Shown: positions 29,024 to 41,124, counted from the first letter of the stretch. The stretch: 64,000 nucleotides of DNA from Candidatus Oxydemutatoraceae bacterium (GCA_965220085.1 CBDCOZ010000003.1:576001-640000); one strand, 5' to 3'. Made by a program: numbers and translations. The notes: generated by a model not told the origin, from the sequence alone.

Positions 29024-30970
29024 ATGAGCAAAATCATAGGCATAGATTTGGGCACGACTAATTCGTGTGTGGCGGTGATGGATGGCGACACCCCCAGAGT
29101 CATCGAGAACAGCGAAGGCGACCGCACGACGGCTTCGGTCGTCGCTTTCGCGGAAGGAAAAGACAACGAGGTGCTGGTCGGCCAATCCGCCCGCCGGCAG
29201 GCGGTGACGAATCCTGAGAATACGTTATTCGCGATCAAGCGCTTGATCGGGCGGCGTTATGACGAAGAAGCGGTGCAGAAGGACATCAAGTTGGTGCCGT
29301 ACAAAATCATCAAGGCCGATAACGGCGACGCATGGATTAGCCCTCTGGGCAAGAAGATGGCTCCGCCGGAGATATCGGCGCGCATCTTGATGAAGATGAA
29401 GAAGACCGCGGAAGACTATCTCGGCGAGGAGGTCACGCAAGCGGTCGTTACGGTGCCCGCATATTTTAATGACTCGCAACGTCAGGCGACCAAAGATGCG
29501 GGTGAGATTGCCGGCCTCGATGTCAAGCGCATCATCAACGAGCCGACCGCCGCCGCCTTGGCTTACGGGCTGGATAAGAAGGAAGGAGACAAGAAAATCG
29601 CGGTGTTTGATCTCGGCGGAGGCACGTTTGATATTTCTATCATTGAGGTGGCCGCGGTTGACGGCGAACATCAGTTTGAGGTTCTGGCGACCAGCGGCGA
29701 TACCTTTTTGGGCGGCGAAGATTTTGACACCTGTGTAATTAATTACCTGGCGGACGAATTCAAGAAGCAGGAAGGGTTTGATCTGCACAGCGACCCGCTC
29801 GCTTTGCAGCGCCTGAAGGAAGCGGCCGAGAAAGCCAAGATAGAGTTGTCTTCAAATCAGCAGACCGACATTAACTTGCCGTACATTACCGCCGACCAAT
29901 CCGGCCCCAAGCATCTCAATATGAAGTTGACCAGAGCCAAGTTGGAAACTCTGGTCGAGCATCTGGCGGATAAGACTTTGGAGCCGTGCCGACAGGCATT
30001 GGACGGCGCCAAGATCAAAGCGTCCGACATCGATGAGGTGATTCTCGTCGGCGGGCAGACGCGGATGCCGAAGGTGCAGGAAAAAGTGAAGGAATTTTTC
30101 CGTACCGAGCCGCGCAAAGACATCAACCCCGACGAAGCGGTCGCCATGGGCGCTGCGATTCAGGGCGGCGTGCTCGGCGGCGGTGTCAAGGATGTGTTGC
30201 TTCTCGATGTCGCGCCGTTATCGCTCGGCATTGAGACGCTGGGCGGCGTGATGACCAAACTGATTGAGAAGAATACGACGATTCCGACCAATGCGTCGCA
30301 GGTGTTTTCCACCGCGGAGGACAACCAACCCGCGGTGACGGTGCATGTCTTGCAGGGCGAGCGCGACCGCGCCGAAGCCAATAAGTCGCTCGGACGTTTT
30401 GATCTGGCCAATATCCAACCGGCGCCGCGCGGGGTGCCGCAAATTGAAGTCGCTTTTGACATAGATGCCGATGGCATTCTGAATGTGTCGGCAAAGGACA
30501 AGGCGACCGGCAAGGAGCAGTCTATTATCATCAAGGCTTCCAGCGGCTTGTCCAAGGAGGAGATAGGGCAGATGGTGGCGGATGCCGAAAAGCACGCTTC
30601 CGAAGACAAGGCCTTTCAGGAGTTGGTCGGTGTGCGCAATCAGGCGGAGGCGCTGGCGCATGCGACTGAGAAATCGCTTACGGAACTGGGCGAGAAAGTG
30701 GAAGGGGAAGAGCGGGCATCCATTGAGGCGGCGGTTTCCGATTTGAAAGAAGCTATCAAGCAAGACGACAAGGGGCTGATTGAGAAAAAAATCAACGCGC
30801 TGGGCGAAGTGTCGGGTAAGTTGAGCGAGCGCGTCTATGCCGAGCAACAGGCGAATCAAAGCGATGCCCAAGCGGCGGACAAAGCGGGCGACGCTGCGGC
30901 TGCCGACAGTTTTGACGATGCGGCGGATGCCGAGTTTGAGGAAGTCAAAGGGTCGGACGACAAAAAGTAA
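29024..30970 (+). CDS. dnaK: Chaperone DnaK
   Basis: [36 protein letters not shown]. Confidence 0.98.
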   Translation: MSKIIGIDLGTTNSCVAVMDGDTPRVIENSEGDRTTASVVAFAEGKDNEVLVGQSARRQAVTNPENTLFAIKRLIGRRYDEEAVQKDIKLVPYKIIKADNGDAWISPLGKKMAPPEISARILMKMKKTAEDYLGEEVTQAVVTVPAYFNDSQRQATKDAGEIAGLDVKRIINEPTAAALAYGLDKKEGDKKIAVFDLGGGTFDISIIEVAAVDGEHQFEVLATSGDTFLGGEDFDTCVINYLADEFKKQEGFDLHSDPLALQRLKEAAEKAKIELSSNQQTDINLPYITADQSGPKHLNMKLTRAKLETLVEHLADKTLEPCRQALDGAKIKASDIDEVILVGGQTRMPKVQEKVKEFFRTEPRKDINPDEAVAMGAAIQGGVLGGGVKDVLLLDVAPLSLGIETLGGVMTKLIEKNTTIPTNASQVFSTAEDNQPAVTVHVLQGERDRAEANKSLGRFDLANIQPAPRGVPQIEVAFDIDADGILNVSAKDKATGKEQSIIIKASSGLSKEEIGQMVADAEKHASEDKAFQELVGVRNQAEALAHATEKSLTELGEKVEGEERASIEAAVSDLKEAIKQDDKGLIEKKINALGEVSGKLSERVYAEQQANQSDAQAADKAGDAAAADSFDDAADAEFEEVKGSDDKK

Positions 30971-31011
30971 TATGGCGGACGGCAGTCGGTCGGGCTATAT
31001 TGCATTATGAG

Positions 31012-32154
31012 ATGGCGGAGAAAGACTATTACGAAGCGCTTGGGCTGACACGTCAGGCAAGCAATCAGGATATTCGCAACGCGTATCGCCGTCTGGCGAT
31101 GAAATATCACCCCGACCGGAATGCGCAGGATAAAGCGGCGGAGAAAAAGTTCAAGGAAGTAAAACAAGCCTATGAGGTGCTGTCCGATGAGCAAAAGCGC
31201 GCTGCCTATGACCGATTCGGACACGAGCAATTCAGCGCCGGCATGGGCGGCGCCGACATGGGCGCGGGCGCCGCGCATTTTCAAGACATCTTTGGCGACC
31301 TCTTTGAGGACTTCTTCGGCGGCGGCGGCGCTGCTTCCGGCAGAGGCGCGCGGCGACGCGCCGCACACGGGCGGGATATTGAATACCCGATAGAACTGAC
31401 GCTGGAAGAAGCCGCTTTCGGCGCTGAGAAAACCATCGAAGTGACTTCTATGCAGTCCTGCGGGCGTTGCGGCGGAACAGGAGCCGAACCCGGCAGCGGC
31501 AAGAAAACATGCCCTGCGTGTCACGGAGCGGGGCAAGTGCGGATACAACAGGGCTTCTTTTCCGTTCAGCAAACATGTCCGCAATGCCACGGTACGGGCG
31601 AGGTAATTGAAAAACCGTGCGGCGACTGTCGCGGAACAGGACGGGCGCGGGAGACAAAAACATTGTCGGTCAAGATACCGGCCGGTATCGACGAAAGAAA
31701 GCATATTTCTCTGCGCGGCGAAGGCGAGGCCGGTTCCGGCGGCGGCGCGCCCGGCGATCTCTACATCAGGGTGCGGATAAAACCGCACAAGATATTTAAC
31801 CGCCAAAAGAATAATTTGTTGGTCGAAGTGCCTGTCTCGTTTGCGACAGCGACACTTGGCGGCAAGGTGGATGTGCCGTCATTGAGCGGAGGCATAAGGC
31901 TGACGATTCCGCCGGGCACGCAGAGCGGCAAGCAGTTCAGGATGCGCGGCAAAGGCATTAGGTCTTTGGATGGCTATCCCGGCGACTTGATCTGTCGGGT
32001 GGCGGTGGAGACACCGGTCAATCTGACGGCCAAGCAGAAGGACTTGCTCAAAGAGTTTGATACGACGCTCGTTCACGGCAAGCATGCGCATACGCCGCAT
32101 ACGGAAAGTTGGACTGATAACATCCGTCGCTTTATCAAAAACATGAAGCTGTAA
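31012..32154 (+). CDS. dnaJ: Chaperone DnaJ
   Basis: J-domain HPD, G/F-rich region, four CxxCxGxG repeats. Confidence 0.97.
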   Translation: MAEKDYYEALGLTRQASNQDIRNAYRRLAMKYHPDRNAQDKAAEKKFKEVKQAYEVLSDEQKRAAYDRFGHEQFSAGMGGADMGAGAAHFQDIFGDLFEDFFGGGGAASGRGARRRAAHGRDIEYPIELTLEEAAFGAEKTIEVTSMQSCGRCGGTGAEPGSGKKTCPACHGAGQVRIQQGFFSVQQTCPQCHGTGEVIEKPCGDCRGTGRARETKTLSVKIPAGIDERKHISLRGEGEAGSGGGAPGDLYIRVRIKPHKIFNRQKNNLLVEVPVSFATATLGGKVDVPSLSGGIRLTIPPGTQSGKQFRMRGKGIRSLDGYPGDLICRVAVETPVNLTAKQKDLLKEFDTTLVHGKHAHTPHTESWTDNIRRFIKNMKL

Positions 32155-32197
32155 GGGATACAGTACAATAACGATTTGAAGATTTGGGGTTTTGCCG

Positions 32198-32995
32198 ATG
32201 CAACGTGTTGCGATAAACGGCGCCGCCGGGCGGATGGGACATGCCATCGTTGAGGCAGCGCGAGATGTGTCCGAGGTTCAATTGGCGCGGCTATATGTGC
32301 ATCCCGATTCTCCGGATGCGGGGCAAGACGCGCCGCATTCGTCCGGCCTGCGCTATGAATCCTCCGCAGCGATAGCCGAGCATGCCCGCAACAAAGATTT
32401 TGATGTCATGATTGATTTTTCGCCGCCTGAGTCGGTTTTGCGGACGCTTGAGGCTTGCGCCGATGCGGGGTGTCCGCTGGTGAGCGGCACCACCGGGTTT
32501 GACGACACGGCGCCGGAAATCATCGAACAGGCGGCGGCGAAGGTTCCGTTAGTTTTCTCGCCCAATATGAGCATCGGTATCAATTTGTGTTTCCACTTGC
32601 TCGGACAGATCAGCCGCGCGATTGGCAACGAAGCCGATATTGAAATCGTTGAGATGCATCATCGTTACAAGCGCGATGCTCCGTCCGGAACCGCCCTCAG
32701 AATGGGAGAAGTGATCGCCAAAGAGTTGGGAGCGGATTTGAGCCAAAAGGCGGTTTATTCGCGACACGACAGAGACAGCGAACGTTGCAAAGGCGAGATA
32801 GGATTTCAGGCGCTTCGCGCCGGCGATGTGGTCGGCGAGCACACGGCGATGTTTGCATTGGACGGCGAACGGATAGAGCTGACGCACCGGGCGACGGACC
32901 GCCTAATCTTTGCGCGCGGGGCGGTGCGCGCCGCTATCTGGGCGGTCGGCCGCCCGCCCGGCCTCTACGGCATGCGGGATGTGCTGGCGGTATGA
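32198..32995 (+). CDS. dapB: 4-hydroxy-tetrahydrodipicolinate reductase
   Basis: GAAGRMG, GTTG, EMHHRYKRDAPSGTA. Confidence 0.96.
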   Translation: MQRVAINGAAGRMGHAIVEAARDVSEVQLARLYVHPDSPDAGQDAPHSSGLRYESSAAIAEHARNKDFDVMIDFSPPESVLRTLEACADAGCPLVSGTTGFDDTAPEIIEQAAAKVPLVFSPNMSIGINLCFHLLGQISRAIGNEADIEIVEMHHRYKRDAPSGTALRMGEVIAKELGADLSQKAVYSRHDRDSERCKGEIGFQALRAGDVVGEHTAMFALDGERIELTHRATDRLIFARGAVRAAIWAVGRPPGLYGMRDVLAV

Positions 32996-33111
32996 ACCCG
33001 CTCCTGTTGCTCCTACTTGCTTGATATTTCATAAAAAAATGTTGTGCTATACTGCGAAAGCAGTTCTCTATTGACTGTATTAACTTTTTAAACATGAACG
33101 GAGGGAAAGCA

Positions 33112-34455
33112 ATGAAAGCTTTTTTAATAAATTTGGCAGCAGCTTGTACAGCAATATTTTTTGTGAGTTCTGCCAGCGCCGACGAAACCTGTATGTCGCC
33201 GTATATGGCTAAAATTACCGGTCAGGAAGACTATGTGTATGTCTGGACCTTGGGTGTCGAAGGCCTCGGTGACGAGCAGGACAAACTCGTTACCATTGAT
33301 GTCAGACCGGATTCAAAGTCCTACGGCAAGGTAATCAACACCCTGTCTGTGGGCGGGCGGAATGAAGCCCATCATTCCGGCTTAACCGACGATCGTCGGT
33401 ATCTTTGGGCGGGAGGCTTGGATACGAGTAAGATTTTTATCTTTGATATACATAGCGCCCCTTCCAAGCCCAAACTGCACAAGGTAATCAGTGATTTTCC
33501 AAGCAAGACAAGAGGCCTTATCGGCCCGCATACTTTTTATGCTCTGGAAGGACGCATGATGATTACCGCTTTGTCCAATAACAAGGATCACGGCGGTCGC
33601 ACCGGCTTGGCCGAATATACCAATGACGGCCAATTCGTGGCCACCCACTGGATACCGACCGATCAGGATTTGCGCGGCGCGCAAAAGACCGGCAAGATTG
33701 CGGACGGCTACGGCTACGATGTGCGCGCCCTGCCGAGGCGCAATGTGATGTTGACGTCTTCGTTTACCGGCTGGTCAAACTATATGATGGACTTCGGCAC
33801 GATGCTCAAGGACGCGGAAGCGATGAAGCGCTTTGGCAACACGATGGTACTTTGGGATTTGCATACGCGCAAGCCGAAGAAGGTATTTGATGTGCCGGGA
33901 GCGCCGCTTGAAATTCGTTGCGCATGGAAAGAAGAGCACAACTATTGTTTCACGACGACAGCCTTGACCTCTAAGATGTGGGTCATCTACGAGGACAGCA
34001 ACGGCGAGTGGCACGCCAAGGAGAACGGCACCATCGGCGATCCGTCTTCGGTTCCGTTGCCGGTCGATATATCCATCACCGCCGACGATAACGGCATGTG
34101 GGTACAGACATTCATGGATGGCAAAACCCGCTACTTTGATATCAGCGACCCGTTCAATGCCAAGCAAGTGTATGAGCACAGAATCGGTTCGCAAGTGAAC
34201 ATGATCTCTCAAAGTTGGGACGGCAAGCGCACATACTTCTCTTCTTCGCTTCTGGGCAACTGGGACAAAACCGGCAAAGACGATGAGCAGTGGGTGAAGT
34301 TGTTCCATTGGGACGGCAAGAAACTGGAGCACAAGTTCACGGTGGACTTTTACAAAGAGAAACTCGGCAGAGCGCACCAGATGCGTTTCGGAGCCTATTC
34401 TTTGTATGCCGCGACACCCGATAGCGAGATGGACAAAATCTCCGCGCGTGACTAA
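33112..34455 (+). CDS. mtoX: Periplasmic methanethiol oxidase (SBP56/SELENBP1 family)
   Basis: Signal peptide followed by ADETCMSPY..ITGQEDYVYVWTLG..DKLVTI, GGRNEAHHSGLTDDRRYLWAG, SWDGKR.Y.SSSLL.NWD, as in bacterial MtoX. Confidence 0.85.
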   Translation: MKAFLINLAAACTAIFFVSSASADETCMSPYMAKITGQEDYVYVWTLGVEGLGDEQDKLVTIDVRPDSKSYGKVINTLSVGGRNEAHHSGLTDDRRYLWAGGLDTSKIFIFDIHSAPSKPKLHKVISDFPSKTRGLIGPHTFYALEGRMMITALSNNKDHGGRTGLAEYTNDGQFVATHWIPTDQDLRGAQKTGKIADGYGYDVRALPRRNVMLTSSFTGWSNYMMDFGTMLKDAEAMKRFGNTMVLWDLHTRKPKKVFDVPGAPLEIRCAWKEEHNYCFTTTALTSKMWVIYEDSNGEWHAKENGTIGDPSSVPLPVDISITADDNGMWVQTFMDGKTRYFDISDPFNAKQVYEHRIGSQVNMISQSWDGKRTYFSSSLLGNWDKTGKDDEQWVKLFHWDGKKLEHKFTVDFYKEKLGRAHQMRFGAYSLYAATPDSEMDKISARD

Positions 34456-34483
34456 GCGATTAAAAGTTATTTGAGCTTTTTGG

Positions 34484-34511
34484 AAAACCCGCCTCAGCGC
34501 GGGTTTTCTTT
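34484..34511. terminator. Bidirectional intrinsic terminator between mtoX and ssrA
   Basis: AAAACCCGC-loop-GCGGGTTTT hairpin with A/T tails. Confidence 0.8.
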
Positions 34512-34534
34512 AACCCGTCGATGGCGGGGCCGGT

Positions 34535-34886
34535 TGGTGGAGGCGGCGGGAATTGAACCCGCGTCCGCACATTCTCCGCCTTTGGCGCTACATGTTTAGT
34601 CTGTCCGTATTACTAATCGCTTCCGACAGACAGGAAGACAGATTAGGTTGCCTGTCAAAAGTTTAACAAGCTAACCACAGGCGGATTAGCTTGCGATCTT
34701 GCGAAGACGACCCCCAAGCTCTTGTCACAAGCGCCGCAAGTTGGGAGGCATGGACGGGTGTTTAGGCCGCCAGTGCGTAGTTGTCGTTGTTGGCAACTAT
34801 AATTTTGCGGCAAGTTTAACGAGATTAGCCACATGCTCGACATGCGCCTCCGGTTTCGCAATGTGTGTCGAAACCACATCGCCCCC
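34535..34886 (-). ncRNA. ssrA: tmRNA
   Basis: 5' GGGGGCG..GGTTTCGAC, 3' T-arm GGTTCAATTCC and CGCCTCCACCA acceptor stem, internal tag reading frame ANNDNYALAA-stop. Confidence 0.96.
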
Positions 34887-34996
34887 AAAGTTACGGGTCG
34901 CATTGTATCATAGGGCTCCTGTATCCGTATGCGCCGGCTTTCTTGCGGGGGCGGCGGCCGGAATTAAAGTATAATGCGCTTAGTTCAGTTCGCAAG

Positions 34997-36244
34997 ATGA
35001 CCGACATAACACATATCGCAAAGGTTGCCAAAAATGCCGCACGCATTATAGGGCGGGCCTCAACCCAAGAAAAAGACCAAGTTCTTTCCGACATTGCGGA
35101 TAATCTGCAATCGGCGAAAGATTATTTGCTCGAGGAAAACCGCAAGGATTTGGAAGCGGCCAAGGAGAAGGGCAGCGAAGCTGCGATGCTGGAGCGCTTG
35201 GCGCTCAACGATCAACGGATCGAAGGGATGGTCGACGGTGTCCGTCAAGTCGGTCTGTTGCCTAATCCGATCGGAGATATCAGCCATGTCGAACAGCGCC
35301 CGTCGGGTATCTTTGTCGGCAAGATGCGCGTGCCTCTGGGTGTCATCGGAATCATCTATGAATCGCGTCCGAATGTCACCGCGGATGCGGCGGCCTTGTG
35401 CCTCAAGGCGGGCAATGCGGTCATTTTACGCGGCGGTTCGGAAGCGATTTATTCAAACTGCGCGATTGCGGAATGCATTGACAGCGCGCTCGGCGAAGCG
35501 GGGCTGCCGTCGGCGTGTGTGCAACTGATACGCAAGACGGGCCATGAGGCGGTCAGCGAGTTGCTCCGGTGCGATGAGTACGTGGATGTTTTGATTCCGC
35601 GCGGCGGCAAGGGCCTGATAGAACGGGTCAGCGCGGAGACAAAAATCCCCGTTCTGAAGCATCTGGACGGGGTCTGCCATGTCTATGTGGACGATTGCGC
35701 GGATATTGACATGGCGATTGACATCGCGGTCAATTCCAAGACCCATCGCTATGGCGTGTGTAATGCGATGGAAACCTTGCTTGTTGCGGAAAGCAAAGCG
35801 CAGGAGTTTCTGCCGCGTTTTGCCGCAATCATGCGCGAGCATTCGGTCGAATTGCGCGGCTGCCCGCATACCCGCCGTTTGGCGCCGGATGCCGTTGCCG
35901 CACAGGACAGCGATTGGAGCGAGGAATACCTCGGCCCGATTCTTGCGATCAGGGTGGTGTCCGACTTGACCGAAGCGATAAACCATATCGAGCGGTATGG
36001 TTCGCGCCACACCGACTCCATCGTCACTCAGAACAAAGAACACGAACTGCGTTTCATGAGGGAGGTCGATTCCAGTTCGGTGATGGCCAATGCCTCTACC
36101 CGTTTTGCCGACGGTTATGAATACGGTCTCGGCGCGGAGATCGGCATCAGCACCAACAAACTTCATGCGCGCGGGCCGGTAGGGCTCGAAGGTTTGACTA
36201 CCTTTAAGTTCGTTGTCTTCGGCAGCGGCCAAATTCGCAAGTGA
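34997..36244 (+). CDS. proA: Gamma-glutamyl phosphate reductase
   Basis: [49 protein letters not shown]. Confidence 0.96.
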   Translation: MTDITHIAKVAKNAARIIGRASTQEKDQVLSDIADNLQSAKDYLLEENRKDLEAAKEKGSEAAMLERLALNDQRIEGMVDGVRQVGLLPNPIGDISHVEQRPSGIFVGKMRVPLGVIGIIYESRPNVTADAAALCLKAGNAVILRGGSEAIYSNCAIAECIDSALGEAGLPSACVQLIRKTGHEAVSELLRCDEYVDVLIPRGGKGLIERVSAETKIPVLKHLDGVCHVYVDDCADIDMAIDIAVNSKTHRYGVCNAMETLLVAESKAQEFLPRFAAIMREHSVELRGCPHTRRLAPDAVAAQDSDWSEEYLGPILAIRVVSDLTEAINHIERYGSRHTDSIVTQNKEHELRFMREVDSSSVMANASTRFADGYEYGLGAEIGISTNKLHARGPVGLEGLTTFKFVVFGSGQIRK

Positions 36245-36251
36245 GGAGTCG

Positions 36252-36875
36252 GTGATTGCATTGATGGGGGGCGCGTTTGATCCGGTTCATTTCGGGCACA
36301 TTCGCGCGTTGCTCAAAGTGTTGTCATACGAAGAGGTCTCAAAAGCATGCCTGATTCCTTGTGCGGCGCACTCCGACAAGGGCGAAGCCTGCGCCGGCGC
36401 CGAGGATCGGCTTGCGATGTTGCGCCTGCTCGAACGAACTGATGTGCATGTCGATAGCAGAGAGATCGATCGCGGCGGCGTTTCGCATACGGTCGATACG
36501 ATGTTAGAAATACGCCGCGAGGTCGGGCCCGATGTGGCGCTGGCGTGTATAGTCGGACAGGATGTGTCGGATACGATACACACTTGGAAACAGGCCGAGG
36601 CATTGCCGCAGTTAGCGAATTTGATCATTTTCTCTCGCACCGACCATGCAAGCCGTCCCCCGCTCTTGTGGTCGGAGGTCGATAGCATCCGAGAATTGTC
36701 GCGGTTTCCCGCCGGACGCTGCGTTTATATGAGAAACAAGCCGGTGGATATTTCGTCCACCGCAATTCGCAAGATGCTCGCGCGCCGCGAGCAGCCCCGC
36801 CATATGTTGCCCGGCGGCATCTGGAATTATATTCGCCGTCATCGTTTGTACGGATGGAAAGATGATGCGGTCTGA
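36252..36875 (+). CDS. nadD: Nicotinate-nucleotide adenylyltransferase
   Basis: GGAFDPVHFGH, SHTVDT, ISSTAIR; proA-nadD-rsfS synteny. Confidence 0.92.
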   Translation: MIALMGGAFDPVHFGHIRALLKVLSYEEVSKACLIPCAAHSDKGEACAGAEDRLAMLRLLERTDVHVDSREIDRGGVSHTVDTMLEIRREVGPDVALACIVGQDVSDTIHTWKQAEALPQLANLIIFSRTDHASRPPLLWSEVDSIRELSRFPAGRCVYMRNKPVDISSTAIRKMLARREQPRHMLPGGIWNYIRRHRLYGWKDDAV

Positions 36876-37194
36876 GCGGCTTAAGGACATGGTGATCAAA
36901 CAACTCGATGGGCTCAAGGCGCATGATATCGCGGTATGCGATGTGCGCGGCAGAACGACGATTGCCGATTTCTTTGTGATCGCAACCGGCGCGTCAAGCC
37001 GGCATGCGCAAGCGCTGTCCGACAAAGTGGTCGCAAGCAGCAAAGCCGAAGGTTGTCATCTCATCGGCGTGGAAGGCTATGAAAGCAGCGACTGGATATT
37101 GGTCGATCTGGGCGATGTGGTGGTGCATGTGATGCGGGCATCGGCGCGTCGGTTTTATGATTTGGAAGGGTTGTGGGAAGTCAATGCCGATTAA
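36862..37194 (+). CDS. rsfS: Ribosome silencing factor
   Basis: LKAHDI, IATGASSRH, WILVDLGDVVVHVM..RRFYDLEGLW. Confidence 0.95.
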   Translation: MMRSERLKDMVIKQLDGLKAHDIAVCDVRGRTTIADFFVIATGASSRHAQALSDKVVASSKAEGCHLIGVEGYESSDWILVDLGDVVVHVMRASARRFYDLEGLWEVNAD

Positions 37195-37203
37195 TTCCAG
37201 CCT

Positions 37204-40200
37204 ATGAAATCAGTTCTATTATTCTTGAAACGCGTATCGTATGTAGTGGCGGCGGTCATTGTTTTAACCGCCATTCTGAGTTTGGTGTTCAGATGGGGTT
37301 TGATCCGGATTGATGACTACCGTGATGAGATCATTGCCGCGCTGGAGGATGCGACCGGTGCGCGGGTCGCAATCGGCCGCCTTGAGGCGAGTCTGCGCGG
37401 CCTTAATCTGTCGGTAAAAGCCGCCGACTTGAAGTTGGCTTCGCCCGCCGGCGAAGACGATGGCATCGCCGTGGCAGAGGCGATTATCGGGATTGACGGT
37501 TTGGCTTCTTTGTTCAACATGGAGTGGGCGCTTGAATCCGTTTATTTGTCACAGGCAAAACTAAAAGCCGCAACAGACCGTGACCGCAATCTGCTTCTGC
37601 CCGATATCGGGCTTGCAATACCGCTACAAGCGCCGCTGTATGGGCTCACAGCCCATGGCGATATGGCCCGCCGCTTGCATACGCGCATTCGCGTCGATGG
37701 TTTGGATGTCGAGTGGAGCAGTCCGCTTCATCCGCAAGCCCTGCATTTTGAAGACATCAGTCTTGTCATTGACAAAGAGAGCGCCGACGCATATATCGCA
37801 TTGGATGCGAGTTTGCCGCGGCAGTTCGGCAAGCACATTCGCATATCCGTCGGCGACGACGGGGTGTATCTGCGCGCCGAGATGCTTGAATTGGCCAATG
37901 TGCTTGCCGAGGCGGGGATGACATCGCCTCTCGACGGTCGGCTATCCGCCGAGTTGGCATGGCAGGCGGATGAAGCGGAGCACAAATTGGGGATATTTAA
38001 TTTGCGCCTGCAATCGCCGTCCCTGACCTTGGAGAACGCCAAGGCCAGTGTCATGCAACGAAAGCGCGCGGATGGAAAGTTTCAAACCGTGCTGCATTTT
38101 GATCTCGGAGAAGATGCGCGTATCGATGCGCAACGGATGCAAGCGTTGCGCGATGCGGCGGCAAAACATATCGGCGAGATAGCGACCGAAGTCGGCTTGA
38201 TTGAAACCGCCGCGGTGACGGCAAAGTTTGAACACGACACATCGTTATTTGCTCTGCCCGGGCGCGAATCATCTTGGAGCGAATCCGTATCGGACACGCT
38301 GCAATGGGAGCATCTGACCGCAGTCAAATCCGACTTGGCTCTTGAGCGGGTGATCTTGACAGAGAATAGCCGCTTGCTGGATCGTGTCGTCTTGCAAGCC
38401 GGCTTGCATCGCAGCCGGGATGATATGGTTCTGGATATCAACAAGGCGGAACTCTATGCCGGCGGGGCGGTGTTAAAAGGCAATGCGCGTATTGACGGCA
38501 AAGACATGTCACATATTACGACACAGTTTCGGCTTGAGGATATGCCGGTTACCGATGCGCTGGATTGGTTGCCCGCGGATGCGCCATTATTTCCGCAGGC
38601 GCAGTCGGGCTTGCGCGAGACATTTCAGGGCGGTGAGATAAAGCGCGCCGAAGTATATTTTGACGGCGCGCTTTCGTTGCCTGTCAAACTGTCCGAAAAC
38701 CGTTTTCGTATGCAGGCGGAAGCGGAGGGCATCAGTGTGCTGTATGCAAAAGAACAACCGCCGTTACACGATGTGGATGCCACGATCACAGCGAGCAACG
38801 AGATGTTTGAGGCGAGGGTCCGCAGCTTTCGCTCTCTCGGCGCGACCGGTCGGAATGCATCGGTAGTCATACGCGATATCACCGATCCCTATCTGGAGGC
38901 GAAGGCGACCCTGCATGCGCCGTTGCAAGATGTATTTGCCTATCTTGAAACCCTGCCGGATCTGTTTGCGACCCGCGACACCCTTGATGGCATCCAGGCC
39001 GCGGGGGATACTTGGATAGCGCTTGACTTAGGGCTGCCGCTCGCAGAGCCTGCGGAGCAACCGCTTCTTTTCAGCCTGACATTTGACTTGGACAAGAACG
39101 CTCTGACATTTGACGAATCCTTCCCGCAGATTCAAGACATAGAAGGGCGCCTTGTGATTGCGCACGACGATGCCCGCGCCGAGAATATCGGCGCGACCCT
39201 TGCCGGCCACCCGATTGTGCTTTCCGCCCATGTTAAAAACGACGACTTGGTTTTCGCCGCCGCCGCCGAATCCTTGCCCGCTTCTGTTCTTTCACAGTTG
39301 GCGTCAATCCCGCCCGACTTGCTTGACGGCGTATCCGATTGGCGCGCCGAGTTGGTCTTATCGTCCCTGTACAGTCAAACGGATACAGAAGACGAAACGA
39401 TCAGCTTTCGCGCCGCATCAAATTTGCAAGGGCTGGCGCTCCGTCTGCCCCGACCGTTTGGCAAATCTCATGCTCAGGCCGCGGACTTCCGTTTTGCCAC
39501 GGATCTAAGCGACACCGACGGCCGCACAAGCATCGCTTATGCCGAATTAGCGCGGCTTGATTTCCTGAGCGAGGCGTCGCCCCCGGTCGGGACCTTGCGA
39601 TTTTCTCCGCAACTGCCGTATCCGGCGGCGCCCATCCCGGCGGATGGTTTCGGCATACGCGGAACCATCCAAGAAGCGCATTTGAGCGAATGGCGCGAAT
39701 GGCGGGACGAGCGCCGCGCGCTGTTTCGGGACAGCAAGTCCGGCGGCAGAGGGGACGATACGAGTCATTTGTTTGACAATATCGATGTGACCGCGGAGCA
39801 AACCACCTTGGCCGATAACCGCTTCGGCGAATTAAAAGTCCGCACCGACCGCGATTCCAATAACAACCTTGTGATGGAGATTGCGTCGGAACCGATTGCC
39901 GGCAGAATCACCTTCCCGTCATCCGATGCCGCCCGCACATATGTTGATATGCAACGCCTGCATATCGATCACCCGATTGCCGACACCGCGACCGAGGATA
40001 CCCCCGACCCCAGAGAGATAGCGCCGATGGCGGTGAAGATCAATTCTTTTCGCTTTGAGAATATACGACTGGACAACTTGAAAATGTCCGTTGATTCCAA
40101 CAAAGAGGGAATCGATATCCCGCGGTTGGATTTTGAGCACATCCACAAAGACCATGTAATTTTGCGCGCGCGTCTTAAAGGAAGTTGGACAAGGGAAGGC

Positions 40201-40941
40201 GGGGCAGACCGAAGCGATTTTAAGTTTGAGGCCAAAGGCTCCGATTACGGCAGGCTGCTCAGAAATTGGGGATATAACACCAGTCTGCGCGATGGCAAAG
40301 GCCAGGCGCGCGGGCATCTCAGATGGGATGCGCCCGCTTATGCGATAGACATTGAGAAAATGAACGGCGCCGCTTCGTTTGATATCAAGGACGGGCGGGT
40401 CAAAGCGCTCGAGGTCGGCGCGGGCAAACTATTGGGCCTTTTGAATATCGGCGCGCTCGCGCGACGGTTCACATTGGATTTCAAAGACATATTTGACAAG
40501 GGTTTCAGTTTTGACGAATTCGGAGGGAACATAGAATTTAACGAAGGGAATATGCTGACCGATGACATCGTCATCAAAGGCCCCTCGCTTGACATGATTA
40601 TCAGCGGGCGCACCGGCATTGCGACCCGCGACTACGACCAAAGCATAGATGTCGTGCCCGACTTCAGTTCCAACCTTCCCTTGGCAACCGCGCTATTGGG
40701 CGGCCCGATCGCCGGCGCGCTCGTCTTCCTGGTGGACACGGTAACCGACCTCGGCGATGAGTTTGACGAAGCCATCGTGATGCGTTACACCTTGAAAGGG
40801 AGTTGGGAGGATCCGCAAGTGGATTTTGTCGAAGCGCCGACGATCAATCGCTTAAACCCCGGCGAGAGGCTGAAAGGGCTCTTTGACAGCGTGGGGGAAG
40901 GCATCAAGAAAGTCATGCCCGCCGGCGATGAGGACAACTAG
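37204..40941 (+). CDS. yhdP: YhdP/AsmA-like lipid transport protein
   Basis: 1245 aa, N-terminal membrane anchor, C-terminal GAGKLLGLLN..LARRFTLDFKDIFDKGFSFD and YTLKGSWEDP. Confidence 0.85.
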   Translation: MKSVLLFLKRVSYVVAAVIVLTAILSLVFRWGLIRIDDYRDEIIAALEDATGARVAIGRLEASLRGLNLSVKAADLKLASPAGEDDGIAVAEAIIGIDGLASLFNMEWALESVYLSQAKLKAATDRDRNLLLPDIGLAIPLQAPLYGLTAHGDMARRLHTRIRVDGLDVEWSSPLHPQALHFEDISLVIDKESADAYIALDASLPRQFGKHIRISVGDDGVYLRAEMLELANVLAEAGMTSPLDGRLSAELAWQADEAEHKLGIFNLRLQSPSLTLENAKASVMQRKRADGKFQTVLHFDLGEDARIDAQRMQALRDAAAKHIGEIATEVGLIETAAVTAKFEHDTSLFALPGRESSWSESVSDTLQWEHLTAVKSDLALERVILTENSRLLDRVVLQAGLHRSRDDMVLDINKAELYAGGAVLKGNARIDGKDMSHITTQFRLEDMPVTDALDWLPADAPLFPQAQSGLRETFQGGEIKRAEVYFDGALSLPVKLSENRFRMQAEAEGISVLYAKEQPPLHDVDATITASNEMFEARVRSFRSLGATGRNASVVIRDITDPYLEAKATLHAPLQDVFAYLETLPDLFATRDTLDGIQAAGDTWIALDLGLPLAEPAEQPLLFSLTFDLDKNALTFDESFPQIQDIEGRLVIAHDDARAENIGATLAGHPIVLSAHVKNDDLVFAAAAESLPASVLSQLASIPPDLLDGVSDWRAELVLSSLYSQTDTEDETISFRAASNLQGLALRLPRPFGKSHAQAADFRFATDLSDTDGRTSIAYAELARLDFLSEASPPVGTLRFSPQLPYPAAPIPADGFGIRGTIQEAHLSEWREWRDERRALFRDSKSGGRGDDTSHLFDNIDVTAEQTTLADNRFGELKVRTDRDSNNNLVMEIASEPIAGRITFPSSDAARTYVDMQRLHIDHPIADTATEDTPDPREIAPMAVKINSFRFENIRLDNLKMSVDSNKEGIDIPRLDFEHIHKDHVILRARLKGSWTREGGADRSDFKFEAKGSDYGRLLRNWGYNTSLRDGKGQARGHLRWDAPAYAIDIEKMNGAASFDIKDGRVKALEVGAGKLLGLLNIGALARRFTLDFKDIFDKGFSFDEFGGNIEFNEGNMLTDDIVIKGPSLDMIISGRTGIATRDYDQSIDVVPDFSSNLPLATALLGGPIAGALVFLVDTVTDLGDEFDEAIVMRYTLKGSWEDPQVDFVEAPTINRLNPGERLKGLFDSVGEGIKKVMPAGDEDN

Positions 40942-41124
40942 CGTGTGTGTCGGGCGGCCCGACGCAAACAGCGGATGGATAATGCCGGAAACATTGCGGA
41001 CTCCCGGCATCAACGCGGGATAAAAGCCACTATGGACGCCTGCCGCCTCAGCCGCTCCGTAGCCCCTGCGCTTGCGGCTGCGCCTTTTTCTTCAAGGCCC
41101 CCTGCAATAATGCGAGTAATCAGC

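Noticed and set aside
34535-34570. tRNA gene or prophage attachment site
   Set aside because: This is the tRNA-like 3' end of tmRNA. I saw no duplicated 3' fragment or integrase nearby.
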